This document shows positions 9,201-20,316 of a stretch of 28,230 bases of DNA, piece by piece; position 1 is the stretch's first letter; the number at the start of each line of letters is the position of its first letter. The stretch is taken from the NCBI GenBank assembly GCA_049969675.1, contig JBMFOP010000036.1, positions 1-28,230 of the forward strand, read 5' to 3'. Origin of the DNA: Myxococcota bacterium (GTDB taxonomy: Bacteria > Myxococcota > SpSt-1050). Under the pieces are notes generated by a model. The model made no database searches and had not been told where the DNA came from. It worked only from the letters and a program-made list of their open reading frames with translations. Both the position numbers and the translations under genes were made by a program.

Positions 9201-10428
9201 CTGGAAAGAATAGTGATGCGCCGAGTGTCTGACAGGTAATCTCATTCTTAATGACATCGGCATTTAAGAGTTTTGCAGCCAGATATCTTCCACTCCCGGT
9301 AGTTCCACACCCTAAAATCTCAAGCCCACCCTTAAATCTGGATTTGATTATCTCAATACCTTTATATACCGCCTCCACAGGCCTGCTCTTTGTAGGTAGA
9401 TATACTGCGGATATCACTTTCAAATCTTTATCCAGAACTACAAGGTCCGTGCTTACAGAGCCCACATCAACTCCCAGATAACCTTCCTTCCTATCTGTAT
9501 ATATATCTTCAGGCTCAAAAAGAGATTCCTCCGTAAGATGTGTACTAAGTATCTGATACCCCTCCTTTTTCTGAGAAATCTTCTTGTCAAATAGTATAGT
9601 TGAAAAATAATTTACAATTTCGGCAGAGGTATAAGGTTTATTCTCTGTCTCAAATATATTTAATGCAGAGCCGAGGGCAGATTCAATGCCCGGCATCTTA
9701 GATGGAATCGCATTTTGAGGCAACCTTTTAAATACATGTTCATTAAATGCCCTGATGATACCCTCATTTCTCGCACAGCCACCTGCAACGACTGCGGGTG
9801 TTGGGACATCGCTTCCTTTTAAGAGAGTAGATATGGCATTTCTTACTATTGCTACACACAATCCATACGCAATCTCTTCAAGTGGTGTCCCTTTCTGTTG
9901 AAGATGTATCATATCTGATTTCGCAAAGACGGAGCATCTCCCTGCAATCCTTGCATACTTTTTTGCCTTTGAACTTATCCGTGATAATTCTTCAATACTG
10001 AGTTCGAGCCTCTTTGCCTGTTGTTCAATAAATGAACCTGTCCCTGCGGCACAGGCCTCATTTGTTGAGAATGAGACCATCTCTCTCTTTCCGTCTTTTG
10101 AGAGGATAATATATTTGAGGGAGTGGCCTCCAATCTCTATAATTGAAACTGCCTCGGGGTGTAGATATGATGCACCGGACTTTACTGCTACAATCTCCCC
10201 TGTGTAGAATTTATTAAATGGGTGCTCTTTTTCTGGCCTTACTCCGGTAAATCCGAATATAAATCTTTCCTCTTTTGTCTTCTTTGTGCTCTCCATAATT
10301 ACTCTTTGAACGAAAAGAAGTCTGTCCTCATTTGCCCTCTCATAAAAATAGAGAAGAATCTCTCTATTCTCATTTAATAATATTGCCTTATTAAAAACAG
10401 AACCAAAATCAAAACCGAGATAATACAT
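6289..10428 (-). CDS. CoA-substrate-specific enzyme activase (two BadF/BcrAD ASKHA ATPase domains + DUF2229/2-hydroxyacyl-CoA dehydratase-like domains)
   Basis: Two copies of the DxGS, EIGG, C(A/S)AGTGSF and RC(S/T)VF motifs; FECRQCSNNC, CLPVK, NFGCGPDAF, CFNCMVG. Confidence 0.93.
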   Translation of the reverse strand: MYYLGFDFGSVFNKAILLNENREILLYFYERANEDRLLFVQRVIMESTKKTKEERFIFGFTGVRPEKEHPFNKFYTGEIVAVKSGASYLHPEAVSIIEIGGHSLKYIILSKDGKREMVSFSTNEACAAGTGSFIEQQAKRLELSIEELSRISSKAKKYARIAGRCSVFAKSDMIHLQQKGTPLEEIAYGLCVAIVRNAISTLLKGSDVPTPAVVAGGCARNEGIIRAFNEHVFKRLPQNAIPSKMPGIESALGSALNIFETENKPYTSAEIVNYFSTILFDKKISQKKEGYQILSTHLTEESLFEPEDIYTDRKEGYLGVDVGSVSTDLVVLDKDLKVISAVYLPTKSRPVEAVYKGIEIIKSRFKGGLEILGCGTTGSGRYLAAKLLNADVIKNEITCQTLGASLFFPDVDTIFEIGGQDSKFISVKDGNVIDFQMNRICSAGTGSFLEEQAAELGVEIKGEFSKLAFKSTSPIELSSRCTVFMETEVVNALKQNLPIGDIVAGLAYSIAKNYLEKVAGQKKIGDNILFQGGVASNRAVIAAFENILGKKIKVNPYNRISGAIGAAYAARLETKGKSSFVFPDISILPTLRSFECRQCSNNCEVNIVETKGMRAYFGDTCEKYTSGEIKSENKILLPNLSTEYLEMAKRYFKDYELRDRTIGIPLASVIYAYLPFFATFFGSLGLKPVLSEPSQEKTLTEGLRRLTVGACLPVKLTAGHIADLIQKKTELVFIPAMFLLSGEEGKNLYACPYTQAIPFMVNADNNDTTIISPVVSLSNSKEFINEMMKYKKILNTDEKNLRRALNLALEAQSEFEENFKKYVKSIIEKGDYKYLFCIIGKPYNTFDPYINLNLFERLRRMGILAVPAAFLGLDTSGIETNLPWKFSADIYKYVSAISKEKREVYPVIISNFGCGPDAFTFKQIEEQLKGIEHLILEFDEQRGEAGLITRLEAFCDQIEHSKMKKRHPITFIKRERPLKDSFPEPSAVEIVIPYFADQVFAFSGLFKYKGYKVRVLNLPDERIQSLGERYSLGKECHAYSILLGDLVNIAIKAKDTDRSVVFYLPGTQIPCLMHQYGEGMAVLLSDLGVKNVSVLSPNGDQLIHAMGLEAIERYYKGLWAIELLEKAVCEIRPYEVEKGLTDMIHRTNLTLIEQAIAYGDVYEALDASLKNLSQIRINKSEARPLIGVAGDVYTRVNPIANFDLYKKIEEAGCEVWPSPFQIDLIDFGIYRKFYNSLSKLNLQETLKHGALVAKKAIEEFRVSRIIDGRIKRADEPTYNEMVKLASKYVWNEASDLLFLNVAKIVDFAQRGADGIINAICFNCMVGNASNAVIEKIRRDYSNIPIITTVYSNTDDPLRDTILDAFLHQAKTRFRNRVRD

Positions 10429-10987
10429 AATATTTTACTCCCAAAAAAATAACATTATATAAAACATAATTTACACAAAAAAATTCCTTAAAAAATCATT
10501 GAGCATTATCTATCTCTTAGAAAAACCTAACTGATTATTTAGATGAAAAACCCCACCTATTGGGCTTAACTGTTTACAAAAAAATATCTCTGGCTTGGCC
10601 CAATAATACCCGGCTGGTGGAAGATTATTATGAATTTCCTTTACATATTCAGTAATATTTTAAGACAAAAAAATGATTTTGTATAGATGTGATATTATAT
10701 TAAGACTTATCATCGGCTGATTGAAAATGACTTTTTGAGTGAATATACTCTTCTTGATATGCTAAATAAAAATAAGCAAAAAGAGAGGCTAAAGGTCTCA
10801 GCCTACTTTATAGACCTTAAAATATCTAACCAAACGAGAAGATTGATAGAAAAACTACACCATCATATTACTTAAAAATTGGGAAGTTAGGGATTATATG
10901 AGGCTTACGCTAAAAAATCTATTTTGAGCAGATTGGAGTGGAGTGGAGTTTAATGTGGAATCCCTTCCTTGCATGTCTGTTTTCTAT

Positions 10988-12493
10988 CTAATTATGTCTC
11001 TTTTGTAATATTTCAAGCTTTCGTTTGGTCTTATCCAGTTCAAATTGATTCTTCCGCTCGGTAAATATCTTCTGATACATCAGGTATAGTTCTTTATCAA
11101 ATGGATTTATCCTTACAGCCCTCTCAAGTGCATCTGTTGCCTTTGAATAATTCTTAAGAGAGATATTTGCACGTGCAAGATTTACGAATGTTGAATAATA
11201 ATCGGGATATATCTCCTGAATCTTTTCAAGCACAGAGACCGCCTCATTAAACTTACCTGCATTTAATAGAGCAAATGCCTTTCTATTCTCAATGTGAGGA
11301 TTGAGTACCCCATACTTTGAGGCTTTATCATACTCAATAAATGCCGCATAAAAGAGCTTTTCAAGAAATAGTAAATCACCCAATTTTACATATTTCATCG
11401 CTACCGCATCCCCAAGGTATTCAGACCTCTTCCCCTTTTTAATTGTTCTATCATAATAAAGGTGTTCTGTAGTTGTAATCTTTTCAAGTCGCTTCCCCAT
11501 ATATTTGAAAAATTCCTTCTCAAAGGCTGAGAACGAACCAAATCCAAAGTGAGAAAATATCTCATCCATATCATTATGTTCTTTCAGCATCTTGAGTAGT
11601 TCTTTTACAAACCCCTCCCCCAATCTCTTTAACAAAAACTCTGATACCAGAAAGACCTCTGAGAATGCAACGGCGGTATCCTCCTGCGAGGGGAGAAGTG
11701 CCATTGAAGGGTGAATCTGCTGAAATGTAATGAGATTCCTCTTCTCATATCTCTTCTTAAGAAGGGCAAGGGCGTCCGGTCTCAGATCCGGCAGCCTCTT
11801 ATTTGAATAATGGTCAAAGTATCTTGCAAGTGATTCGTGAATCCAGACTGGTGTCCTCTCATTTGTCAATGTTGAAATCATAAAATGAATCAACTCATGT
11901 ATCGCTGTATTCACATAGTCATAACCCTCAAGCTGTGTCTCAGGTGATGAGAGCATTATCTTATTAAATTTAGTTACCGCAATAGTATTTGTCTTCTCAA
12001 TAGCTTCCTTAGGAAGGGTGGTGAGCTTCTCAAGGTCAAACTGGTCCTGTAATATCTCAACCCTTATCTTTCTTTCCAGCCTAAAACCAAATATCGGGGA
12101 GAGAGTCCTTAATCCCTCCTCAAGTCCCGCCCCCAGATATTCCAGATAGATTTCATCCCTCTCATCAGGATACAGTATTATGAAATGCTCGGTCTCATAT
12201 CTCTTATAATTCCTCGTCAGGTTGTATGCATTGATTGCACATCTAACGAGATAATCTTTTTCGCTCAAACCTGAGAGGAATTTATTTGCGCTCTCATAAT
12301 CACCCATAAAGAATGCGAGTTTGCCTCTCAGATATAGAATCTTCTCCGGGGTATCCTCCAGCTTATCTATCATCTGAGCCGCCTTCTCAAGATTCAACCC
12401 TTCAATCAGATTATCTATCGTAATAAAATTGATACCCTCCGCGGCATAAATTGGAAATGAGATTAATGAGATTATTAAAAGGACTCTTATCAC
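10988..12493 (-). CDS. Secreted peptidase MA-like (gluzincin) protein with TPRs
   Basis: Signal peptide; HELIH plus downstream PVWIHESLA; TPR-like helices at both ends; GTG start overlaps the upstream TGA (GTGA). Confidence 0.85.
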   Translation of the reverse strand: MIRVLLIISLISFPIYAAEGINFITIDNLIEGLNLEKAAQMIDKLEDTPEKILYLRGKLAFFMGDYESANKFLSGLSEKDYLVRCAINAYNLTRNYKRYETEHFIILYPDERDEIYLEYLGAGLEEGLRTLSPIFGFRLERKIRVEILQDQFDLEKLTTLPKEAIEKTNTIAVTKFNKIMLSSPETQLEGYDYVNTAIHELIHFMISTLTNERTPVWIHESLARYFDHYSNKRLPDLRPDALALLKKRYEKRNLITFQQIHPSMALLPSQEDTAVAFSEVFLVSEFLLKRLGEGFVKELLKMLKEHNDMDEIFSHFGFGSFSAFEKEFFKYMGKRLEKITTTEHLYYDRTIKKGKRSEYLGDAVAMKYVKLGDLLFLEKLFYAAFIEYDKASKYGVLNPHIENRKAFALLNAGKFNEAVSVLEKIQEIYPDYYSTFVNLARANISLKNYSKATDALERAVRINPFDKELYLMYQKIFTERKNQFELDKTKRKLEILQKRHN

Positions 12494-15400
12494 TTGATTA
12501 TCTCCTCATAGTATCTCCTTATAAACTCTTCATATCCCTTTATCTCCTCATCCTGAAGTGCCTTCATTATCTCCTCTCTCAATCTCTTGTTTGGCTTAAA
12601 ATCCTCTCTTCCGGGCAATTTTACCTCTGCTGTTCTGAATCTCTCCTTCCCTCCCTCCCCTTCCCCTTCCTCACTCTGTGATAGCATCTTTGCCCTTCTC
12701 TTTTGCATCCTTGAAAGCTCTCTTAATGCATCATCCAATCTGGAGATACTATCTTCTGCATTACTCCTTGCAACTGGAACATCATTTGCCTTCATTGAGG
12801 AGGAGGAGAGCCTCATACTGCTATTTGCCGCTCTAATATTCTCATTTAATTTTTCAAAATTTGAACCAAATTCAGAGAGCAACTTCTCAGATTTTGAGGA
12901 AAGTTTATCCATCTCACCAAGAAGTCTCTGTTGCGATGAGAGTAATTTATCAAGCCTCTTCCTCTCTTCTGATGAGAGAGAAGGTTTTGAACTCCCCAAA
13001 ATCTCCTTTATCTCATCTCTTATCTTTAGTGCCCTGTTGTAAAACCCCTCCGACATCTTTATATACTCTCTGTCTTCATTAAACATAACCGCGATATTCT
13101 TAATCCACTCCATCTTTGCAACTACCTGATTGGATAACATAAGTGATTCAACAATCTGTCTATTGTTAAGTGTATCAAGCAACTGTTTTAATACCGCCTG
13201 TGTCTCCACGGTGGTCTCATACTCTCTCATATCTCTTGATCTCTTCTTAATTATATGTGCGTCCCTTGATAGGTCGTTATTTAGGGACCTGACCATCTCT
13301 ATAATCTCACTTAATCGCTTATCAAGTACATCCTTAATCGCATTGTAATACCTCTTCTTCATATCCATCTCAACTCTTGAGAGTTCAGATGCTATCTTCT
13401 TCTCTTCATCCATAACCCTCTCTATATCTGATGAGATCCCTTTCAGTGTCTCCATCAACTCCTTAAATTTATCACTATCCAGCTTTGAGAGCATATTCCC
13501 AAAGTCGTTCTCCACCTCTGATATCATATTATCTATCTCACCGAGGCGATCCTTAAACTTTGCCATCTCATCCAGAGAGAGATTCTCCTTGAGCTCGGCG
13601 AGTCTCTTAGATAGATTCTCCATATTCCCTGACAGATTCTTCAAAGAGTTTACATTTACATTGATATCTGAAAAAGAGGTGGCGAGTTCTGATTGAATAT
13701 TCTTATACTCCTTTATTTTATGTTCAAGCAGATTTAAGACAGCCATAATCCTTATTCTCAACTCCTCATTCTTACTCTCCTCATACTCCTTCATCAAAGA
13801 TTTTAGTTCATTTCTCAACTCCGACATCTCACGGGCAATGACAGAGAGTGTAAAGTAGACCACCTCATCAATAATATCCTGCAAGACAAGTATATTCTTC
13901 TCAAGCATCTTCGTCTCATCCAAAATTAGATTTATAAGCATTGATGGCAGACCTGTAAGTCTATCTCTTTTGAGTCTTTTGACGGTAGGCAGAATAACAT
14001 TATTATAGTGAGAGATCTCACCCTTAATACGTTTAAGTTCCAGATATATAGAATCCTTTTTGCCCCTTTTTGAGAGAAATATATCTATACCTTTTAAGGT
14101 CTCAGACTTAATCCCCTTCTCCTCTCTCTCAGAGATGAACTCCCCCGCATCCTGATATGTCAGATTAAGTGAGAGAAGATGGAGCATCTCGCCCCTAAGC
14201 AATTTCAATGCCTTTATATCAGCAGTAAAACTCTCGCTGCTGGAGGGGACAAGTATCTTATAAAACCTTGTTCTATTTCTCTTGGGACCGGATATTGTAT
14301 CATTATCCTCTACCTCAAGTGCAAACATAATCTCTCCCTGAACATATCTTGCAAGCTCGGAATAATCCCATAGATACTCTCCGCTAAAATCCCTCTGTGG
14401 AGGGACCACCTCCTTGATCCCGAAGGACTTCTCCTTCCCATCCGCAAGAGATACCACGATGTTGATCTTTGAGACTCCAAAATCATCAACTGCTGAATAT
14501 GAGAGTCTTACCTTTCTATCCACATTTGCCTCAATGCTCCCCCTCAGAATCTCTTCAGGCCCCGAGAGATATATCTCCGGATTTTCATCCGGGATCACCT
14601 TAATCTTAAAATCATAACTTGAATATCTCTGCCCTCTCTTAATGAGGTCTATCCTCATCAAACCACTTTCATTTAAACCAATATCCGCTGTATAATATCT
14701 CCCATCCTCTTTCATATTTTGCTTCGTATCTGAGGATATAATCTGTGCATAATCAGCCCCAATTTTATTCTCCACCCAGATCCTTAATACCGTCCCTTTT
14801 AATGCCTCAATACTCCTTCTGTCATCATATCTAATTACCTTTTCAAGACCGCTATATGCTGGATAGAAAAACTCCTTCTTTACCTTCCCTATATCTATAA
14901 GTATCCCGGCCTTTTCAACAACCGCTACCCGATTTGTCTGGAACAACTTCTTTACAGACCTGTATTCAAGAGCCGTTATACCGAAGAGGATTAAGAGAAT
15001 GGCAGAGAGAAAGTAGAGGAGGTATTTTATCTTTTTTGTAAATAGGTATCTTCTGAGTTTTAATCCCTTTATAAACTCTTCCAGCCCTGTTGCATAATCT
15101 GCTATCAACTCCTTTGAGTAATCTCTGTTCCCCTTTGTAAGAAGTTCATAACAACCCAGAAGGTGAGAGTACAACTCGTAATTGTAAGGCCTTATCACTC
15201 TAAATAATCTCTTCCCTGAGAGATAGAAGAGTTGAGATACCCCAAAAATTGTGAGAATAATTGTTACAACCAGCAGAGACGGCTTGAGATACTTTAAGAG
15301 TGGTGTTGAATAAGAATCAGAGAAAATAACTCCAAGAATAATAATCAGATAGAGGAGAGCAACAGAGAGTGTAATTAGAAGTAGATTTCTCAGAATAAAG

Positions 15401-15501
15401 AGATTGCGAAATGATGTGATTCTACCTACAATCTTTGAAAGTGCATATCTGAGTTTATCTGATTCATATCCATACATAGGAGATGAAATATAGTGCAACA
15501 A
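12490..15501 (-). CDS. DUF4175-like membrane-anchored coiled-coil protein
   Basis: 3 N-terminal TMs, beta-rich region with DDFGV and EVEDNDTISGPK, long coiled coil, C-terminal VKLP...YYEEI; start may be ATG 15477. Confidence 0.8.
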   Translation of the reverse strand: MLHYISSPMYGYESDKLRYALSKIVGRITSFRNLFILRNLLLITLSVALLYLIIILGVIFSDSYSTPLLKYLKPSLLVVTIILTIFGVSQLFYLSGKRLFRVIRPYNYELYSHLLGCYELLTKGNRDYSKELIADYATGLEEFIKGLKLRRYLFTKKIKYLLYFLSAILLILFGITALEYRSVKKLFQTNRVAVVEKAGILIDIGKVKKEFFYPAYSGLEKVIRYDDRRSIEALKGTVLRIWVENKIGADYAQIISSDTKQNMKEDGRYYTADIGLNESGLMRIDLIKRGQRYSSYDFKIKVIPDENPEIYLSGPEEILRGSIEANVDRKVRLSYSAVDDFGVSKINIVVSLADGKEKSFGIKEVVPPQRDFSGEYLWDYSELARYVQGEIMFALEVEDNDTISGPKRNRTRFYKILVPSSSESFTADIKALKLLRGEMLHLLSLNLTYQDAGEFISEREEKGIKSETLKGIDIFLSKRGKKDSIYLELKRIKGEISHYNNVILPTVKRLKRDRLTGLPSMLINLILDETKMLEKNILVLQDIIDEVVYFTLSVIAREMSELRNELKSLMKEYEESKNEELRIRIMAVLNLLEHKIKEYKNIQSELATSFSDINVNVNSLKNLSGNMENLSKRLAELKENLSLDEMAKFKDRLGEIDNMISEVENDFGNMLSKLDSDKFKELMETLKGISSDIERVMDEEKKIASELSRVEMDMKKRYYNAIKDVLDKRLSEIIEMVRSLNNDLSRDAHIIKKRSRDMREYETTVETQAVLKQLLDTLNNRQIVESLMLSNQVVAKMEWIKNIAVMFNEDREYIKMSEGFYNRALKIRDEIKEILGSSKPSLSSEERKRLDKLLSSQQRLLGEMDKLSSKSEKLLSEFGSNFEKLNENIRAANSSMRLSSSSMKANDVPVARSNAEDSISRLDDALRELSRMQKRRAKMLSQSEEGEGEGGKERFRTAEVKLPGREDFKPNKRLREEIMKALQDEEIKGYEEFIRRYYEEIIK

Positions 15502-15572
15502 ATACCAATAATCAAGTAAAGCCTTTTTATTTTTGACAACCTACTTAAAATACTCTATTTAAGAATCCCCGC

Positions 15573-16959
<1,387 letters not shown>

Positions 16960-16963
<4 letters not shown>

Positions 16964-17670
16964 AAAAAATAGAAGCTCCTGAATGTAATATTCAGTTTGA
17001 ACCTCAAATATCTCTCAAGCAAGAATATTCCCTGTCTGATTATGCCCTCAGAGAAAGTGGCTATCTCTATCTCATCTGCAAGCATAAGTCTATAAAGCCT
17101 ACTATGGATAACTTCCCCTCTGTTATCATTCTTCATACAATCTCTGCAGAGAATACCCCCTTTGAAATAATTGAAAAGGATTTTACTTTCATCAATCTCT
17201 CCCTGACAGGATGCACAATGTTCAAATTCGGGTATCTCCCCTGTATCTATCATACATAATCTTAAAAAATTAAAGAAGGTTGAGAGTTCCTTTTCATAAG
17301 AGATGTGCTCAAGCAGGAATTTCAATCTATAAAATGCCGTCTCTTCCGGATTATTCAATGTAAATAATTTCAGAGCGACCTCGGTTGCCGCTGATGATAC
17401 AATAAAGGCATCAAGGCTTGAAAAAGTTACCTCATTCTCATCTATGAGTGTGCCCTCATTTAATAGATATAATTCGCCTTTTTTATCCAGAGAGAACTCA
17501 ATCAGCGAAAAGATATTGAATCCACCTACAAATCTTCTTTTGCTCTTCTTTGCATTTGGTGCGATGGCAATTATATGACCTGAACTCTCTGTGGAGAGAG
17601 TAACCATTGAATCTGCATCCTTATAGGGCCTGTTCTCTAAAATGATCGCCCTGTCTATAATAGTCTTCAT
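16960..17670 (-). CDS. recO: DNA repair protein RecO
   Basis: N-terminal OB-fold pattern (AIIL..RPYKDAD..VTL, NAKKSKRRF.G) and Zn finger CASC...GGILCRDC; 236 aa. Confidence 0.9.
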
Positions 17671-17787
17671 AGAGCCGCCTTATAAGAATAATAATTTTAT
17701 CTTGCAAGAAAAATATTTCTTTGAAAGAAGTGCAATGATATGATGTCAGTGCAATTAGAGTATACTGAAATCATACACAGGTTAAAT

Positions 17788-18351
17788 CTATTCCTGGCTT
17801 AAGAAATCCTTTACCATTATATACAGTCCTATCTTCTCTATGGCTTTCTGTATTGCCTCATTTATTGGATAGAATCTACACCCGAGTTCAATATCAATAG
17901 CCATCAGCCTCCTCTGATAATCAGCCATTACAATTGGATTGAGCTGTGATTCAATTTGACGAATATATCTGCTTTTTATAAATCTGCAGGTCACCATAGA
18001 CGGTGAATTATCCTTGAGCCTGATAGATGCAAAGCCAAAGAGCCTGCAGACGAGCCCTCTGTACTCATAATATTCACATCTACCACTATTTTCTTTATCA
18101 TATAGAATACATATCTTATCTCCTTTACTTTTGAGCAAGTAGTATTTCTCCTCTGCCTTATTTATATTATGAAGATGAAATGCAAGCGGTATAAATTCAA
18201 GAATTGTAGCAAAGATATCCTCTTTATTGCAACATTCTCCCCCGCAAAATTCAACACATTCTATAGCGGTAGAGTTCTTAAAATGCCTTATCTCCCTCTC
18301 AACTTCATTAAATATCTCAATTACATCGTTACAGATCCTGAAGTAATCCAT
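17788..18351 (-). CDS. YkgJ family cysteine-cluster (Zn/Fe-chelating) protein
   Basis: CVEFCGGECC, CILY, CEYYEYRGLVCRLFG. Confidence 0.88.
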   Translation of the reverse strand: MDYFRICNDVIEIFNEVEREIRHFKNSTAIECVEFCGGECCNKEDIFATILEFIPLAFHLHNINKAEEKYYLLKSKGDKICILYDKENSGRCEYYEYRGLVCRLFGFASIRLKDNSPSMVTCRFIKSRYIRQIESQLNPIVMADYQRRLMAIDIELGCRFYPINEAIQKAIEKIGLYIMVKDFLSQE

Positions 18352-18357
18352 ACAGGG

Positions 18358-18726
18358 TTATTGAATCTTTACTTCACTTTTACTCTCTCTGATGTTCTCT
18401 CTTAAAATTGCATTTTCCTGAATTAGATGCTTTAATTTATTCTGCATATCCGAAATTACAATTGAGAAGTGCAGATTTAACAATATGACAAAGAAGAAGG
18501 CAAAGGCAAATAATGTGGATGTAGATGAGACCGCCCCGGAGAGATTGGTAAGGAATAAAAGTAAGTCATATCGCCATACCAGAAATGGGATAGATAATCC
18601 TGTGAGGATCCATAGCCAGCTGTATTCAATCTTGAGCCTCCTCTCTCTCACCAGTTCAAATACGATGGCAAGGAGTATAAACGCAATGGCAATGGCAAAT
18701 ATCTTCTGCTTCAATGGCATATCCAT
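18358..18726 (-). CDS. DUF2304 family membrane protein
   Basis: ELVRERRL..EYSWLW, 3 TMs, C-terminal IS...KLKHLIQENAIL; directly downstream of a DPM-like GT2. Confidence 0.88.
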   Translation of the reverse strand: MDMPLKQKIFAIAIAFILLAIVFELVRERRLKIEYSWLWILTGLSIPFLVWRYDLLLFLTNLSGAVSSTSTLFAFAFFFVILLNLHFSIVISDMQNKLKHLIQENAILRENIRESKSEVKIQ

Positions 18727-18727
18727 A

Positions 18728-19441
18728 TCAGTCCTCCATCTTTAATTCTTTATTGGATTTTAGAATACACAACAATATTGAAAAGAACATATTGAACATA
18801 TAGGTTATGGCCCTGATTCCATAGTGCATAGAACGTCCACTTATTCTCTTCTTCATAGTAACCGGTACCTCACCTATCTTTAGACCGGCCTTAATGGCGA
18901 GTATCATCGCATCCGCATCAGGGAAGGAGAGCGGCATAATATCAGAGATATAGTATCTCATTGCCCGCCTGCTCAGACACTTAAATCCGCTCGTTGGATC
19001 CTTAATAACAACTCCTGTGGCAATATGGATAACAAGTGTAAAGAACCTCAGTGCCAGAGATTTTAAGAATCCCGCCTCCCTGTAATCCTTAATAAAACGA
19101 CTGCCAATTACTATGTCGTTCTGACTCTTTATAGCCATCTCAGAGAGCTGGTTTATGGATTCCACAGGATGCTGTCCATCTCCATCAAATAGAATCACCT
19201 GCTCAAATCCCTTCTCATAGAGATATTTCAATCCCGTCTGAATGGTAGCACCATATCCGGCATTGATACAATGTCTGAGAACTGTGACATCATAATTTTT
19301 TACTACTTCCAGTGAATTATCATATGAGCCATCATCAACTACCACGATCTCATAATCCTTCTTAAATTCTGAAAGAGAAGAAAGGACAGCACCTATGCTC
19401 TTCTCCTCGTTAAACATCGGAATAAGTATAGCCCTCTTCAC
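18728..19441 (-). CDS. Glycosyltransferase family 2 (polyprenol-phosphate glycosyltransferase, DPM1-like)
   Basis: IPMFNEE, VVDDGSYD, FDGDGQH, VIGSRF, DPTSGF, EVPV...R..G.S. Confidence 0.93.
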   Translation of the reverse strand: MKRAILIPMFNEEKSIGAVLSSLSEFKKDYEIVVVDDGSYDNSLEVVKNYDVTVLRHCINAGYGATIQTGLKYLYEKGFEQVILFDGDGQHPVESINQLSEMAIKSQNDIVIGSRFIKDYREAGFLKSLALRFFTLVIHIATGVVIKDPTSGFKCLSRRAMRYYISDIMPLSFPDADAMILAIKAGLKIGEVPVTMKKRISGRSMHYGIRAITYMFNMFFSILLCILKSNKELKMED

Positions 19442-20316
19442 TTCCCTCTCCCTCCATATCCCCTTATTGCTCCCAATGTCACACCCCTTAATGCAGCGAG
19501 CGGCTTCTTCGCCCTTATTCCAAAGAAGAGAAGATTAAAGAGTATCGTAAAAGCAAGTGGGATAAATCTATACGGTCTATCTTTCAAAGGGGAGTGCTTT
19601 ATAACGGTTCTAATATGATTCCTTGTAACCATCTCTGCAATGTCCTGAGTAGAAAATCTCCTGATGCTCTGCGCACCGAGATGAATTATATTTGCATCCC
19701 TTAATACCACCGATATTATGCCCTTCTCTTTAGCCTGAAGACAGAATGATACATCCTCAAAGTAATAATCATATTCTTCATCAAACCCCAAATCTTTAAG
19801 GATCTCTGTTTTCAGCATAAAGAATGTACCTGCAACAGCATCCGGAAGTATTACTTCCTCCCCAATTGAGGTAAATTCAGAATTGTTATATAGATTAAAA
19901 TTTCTTCCTGTAATCAGATTGAGTCTTATACCGGCTGATTCCACCAGATTATTGCCCTTTAAGATTACAGGTCCTACTATGGTATAGGGATGGTTTTTAA
20001 TGAATGAATGCATCCTGAAAATTGCCATCCTATCTACAACTATATCATTGTTGGAGAAGAGAATATACTCGTATCCCTTTGCAATCGCATAATCTCTTGC
20101 AATATTCAGCCGTGAGGCATATCCACCATTCTTATCATCACAGATGATTTCTACTCCCTCATTCACAAAGGCATCCACCTCATCGCTCTTACAGAGAACT
20201 AAAATGTCGGGCACCAATAGACCTTTTCTGACAGAAGAGATTGCAGACCTCGTGATTTCCGGGTATTGAGAGTGAATAATAGCAAGTATAATATTGTGAT
20301 TGGTCACCTGCTCCAT
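19438..20316 (-). CDS. Glycosyltransferase family 2 (rhamnosyltransferase-like)
   Basis: NGGYA..LN, YILFSNND, VAGTFF, GFDEEY.YYFEDV, IIHLG. Confidence 0.85.
   Translation of the reverse strand: MEQVTNHNIILAIIHSQYPEITRSAISSVRKGLLVPDILVLCKSDEVDAFVNEGVEIICDDKNGGYASRLNIARDYAIAKGYEYILFSNNDIVVDRMAIFRMHSFIKNHPYTIVGPVILKGNNLVESAGIRLNLITGRNFNLYNNSEFTSIGEEVILPDAVAGTFFMLKTEILKDLGFDEEYDYYFEDVSFCLQAKEKGIISVVLRDANIIHLGAQSIRRFSTQDIAEMVTRNHIRTVIKHSPLKDRPYRFIPLAFTILFNLLFFGIRAKKPLAALRGVTLGAIRGYGGRGK

Noticed and set aside
10934..10948. (TGGAG)3 microsatellite
   Set aside because: Too short to be meaningful; not CRISPR-like
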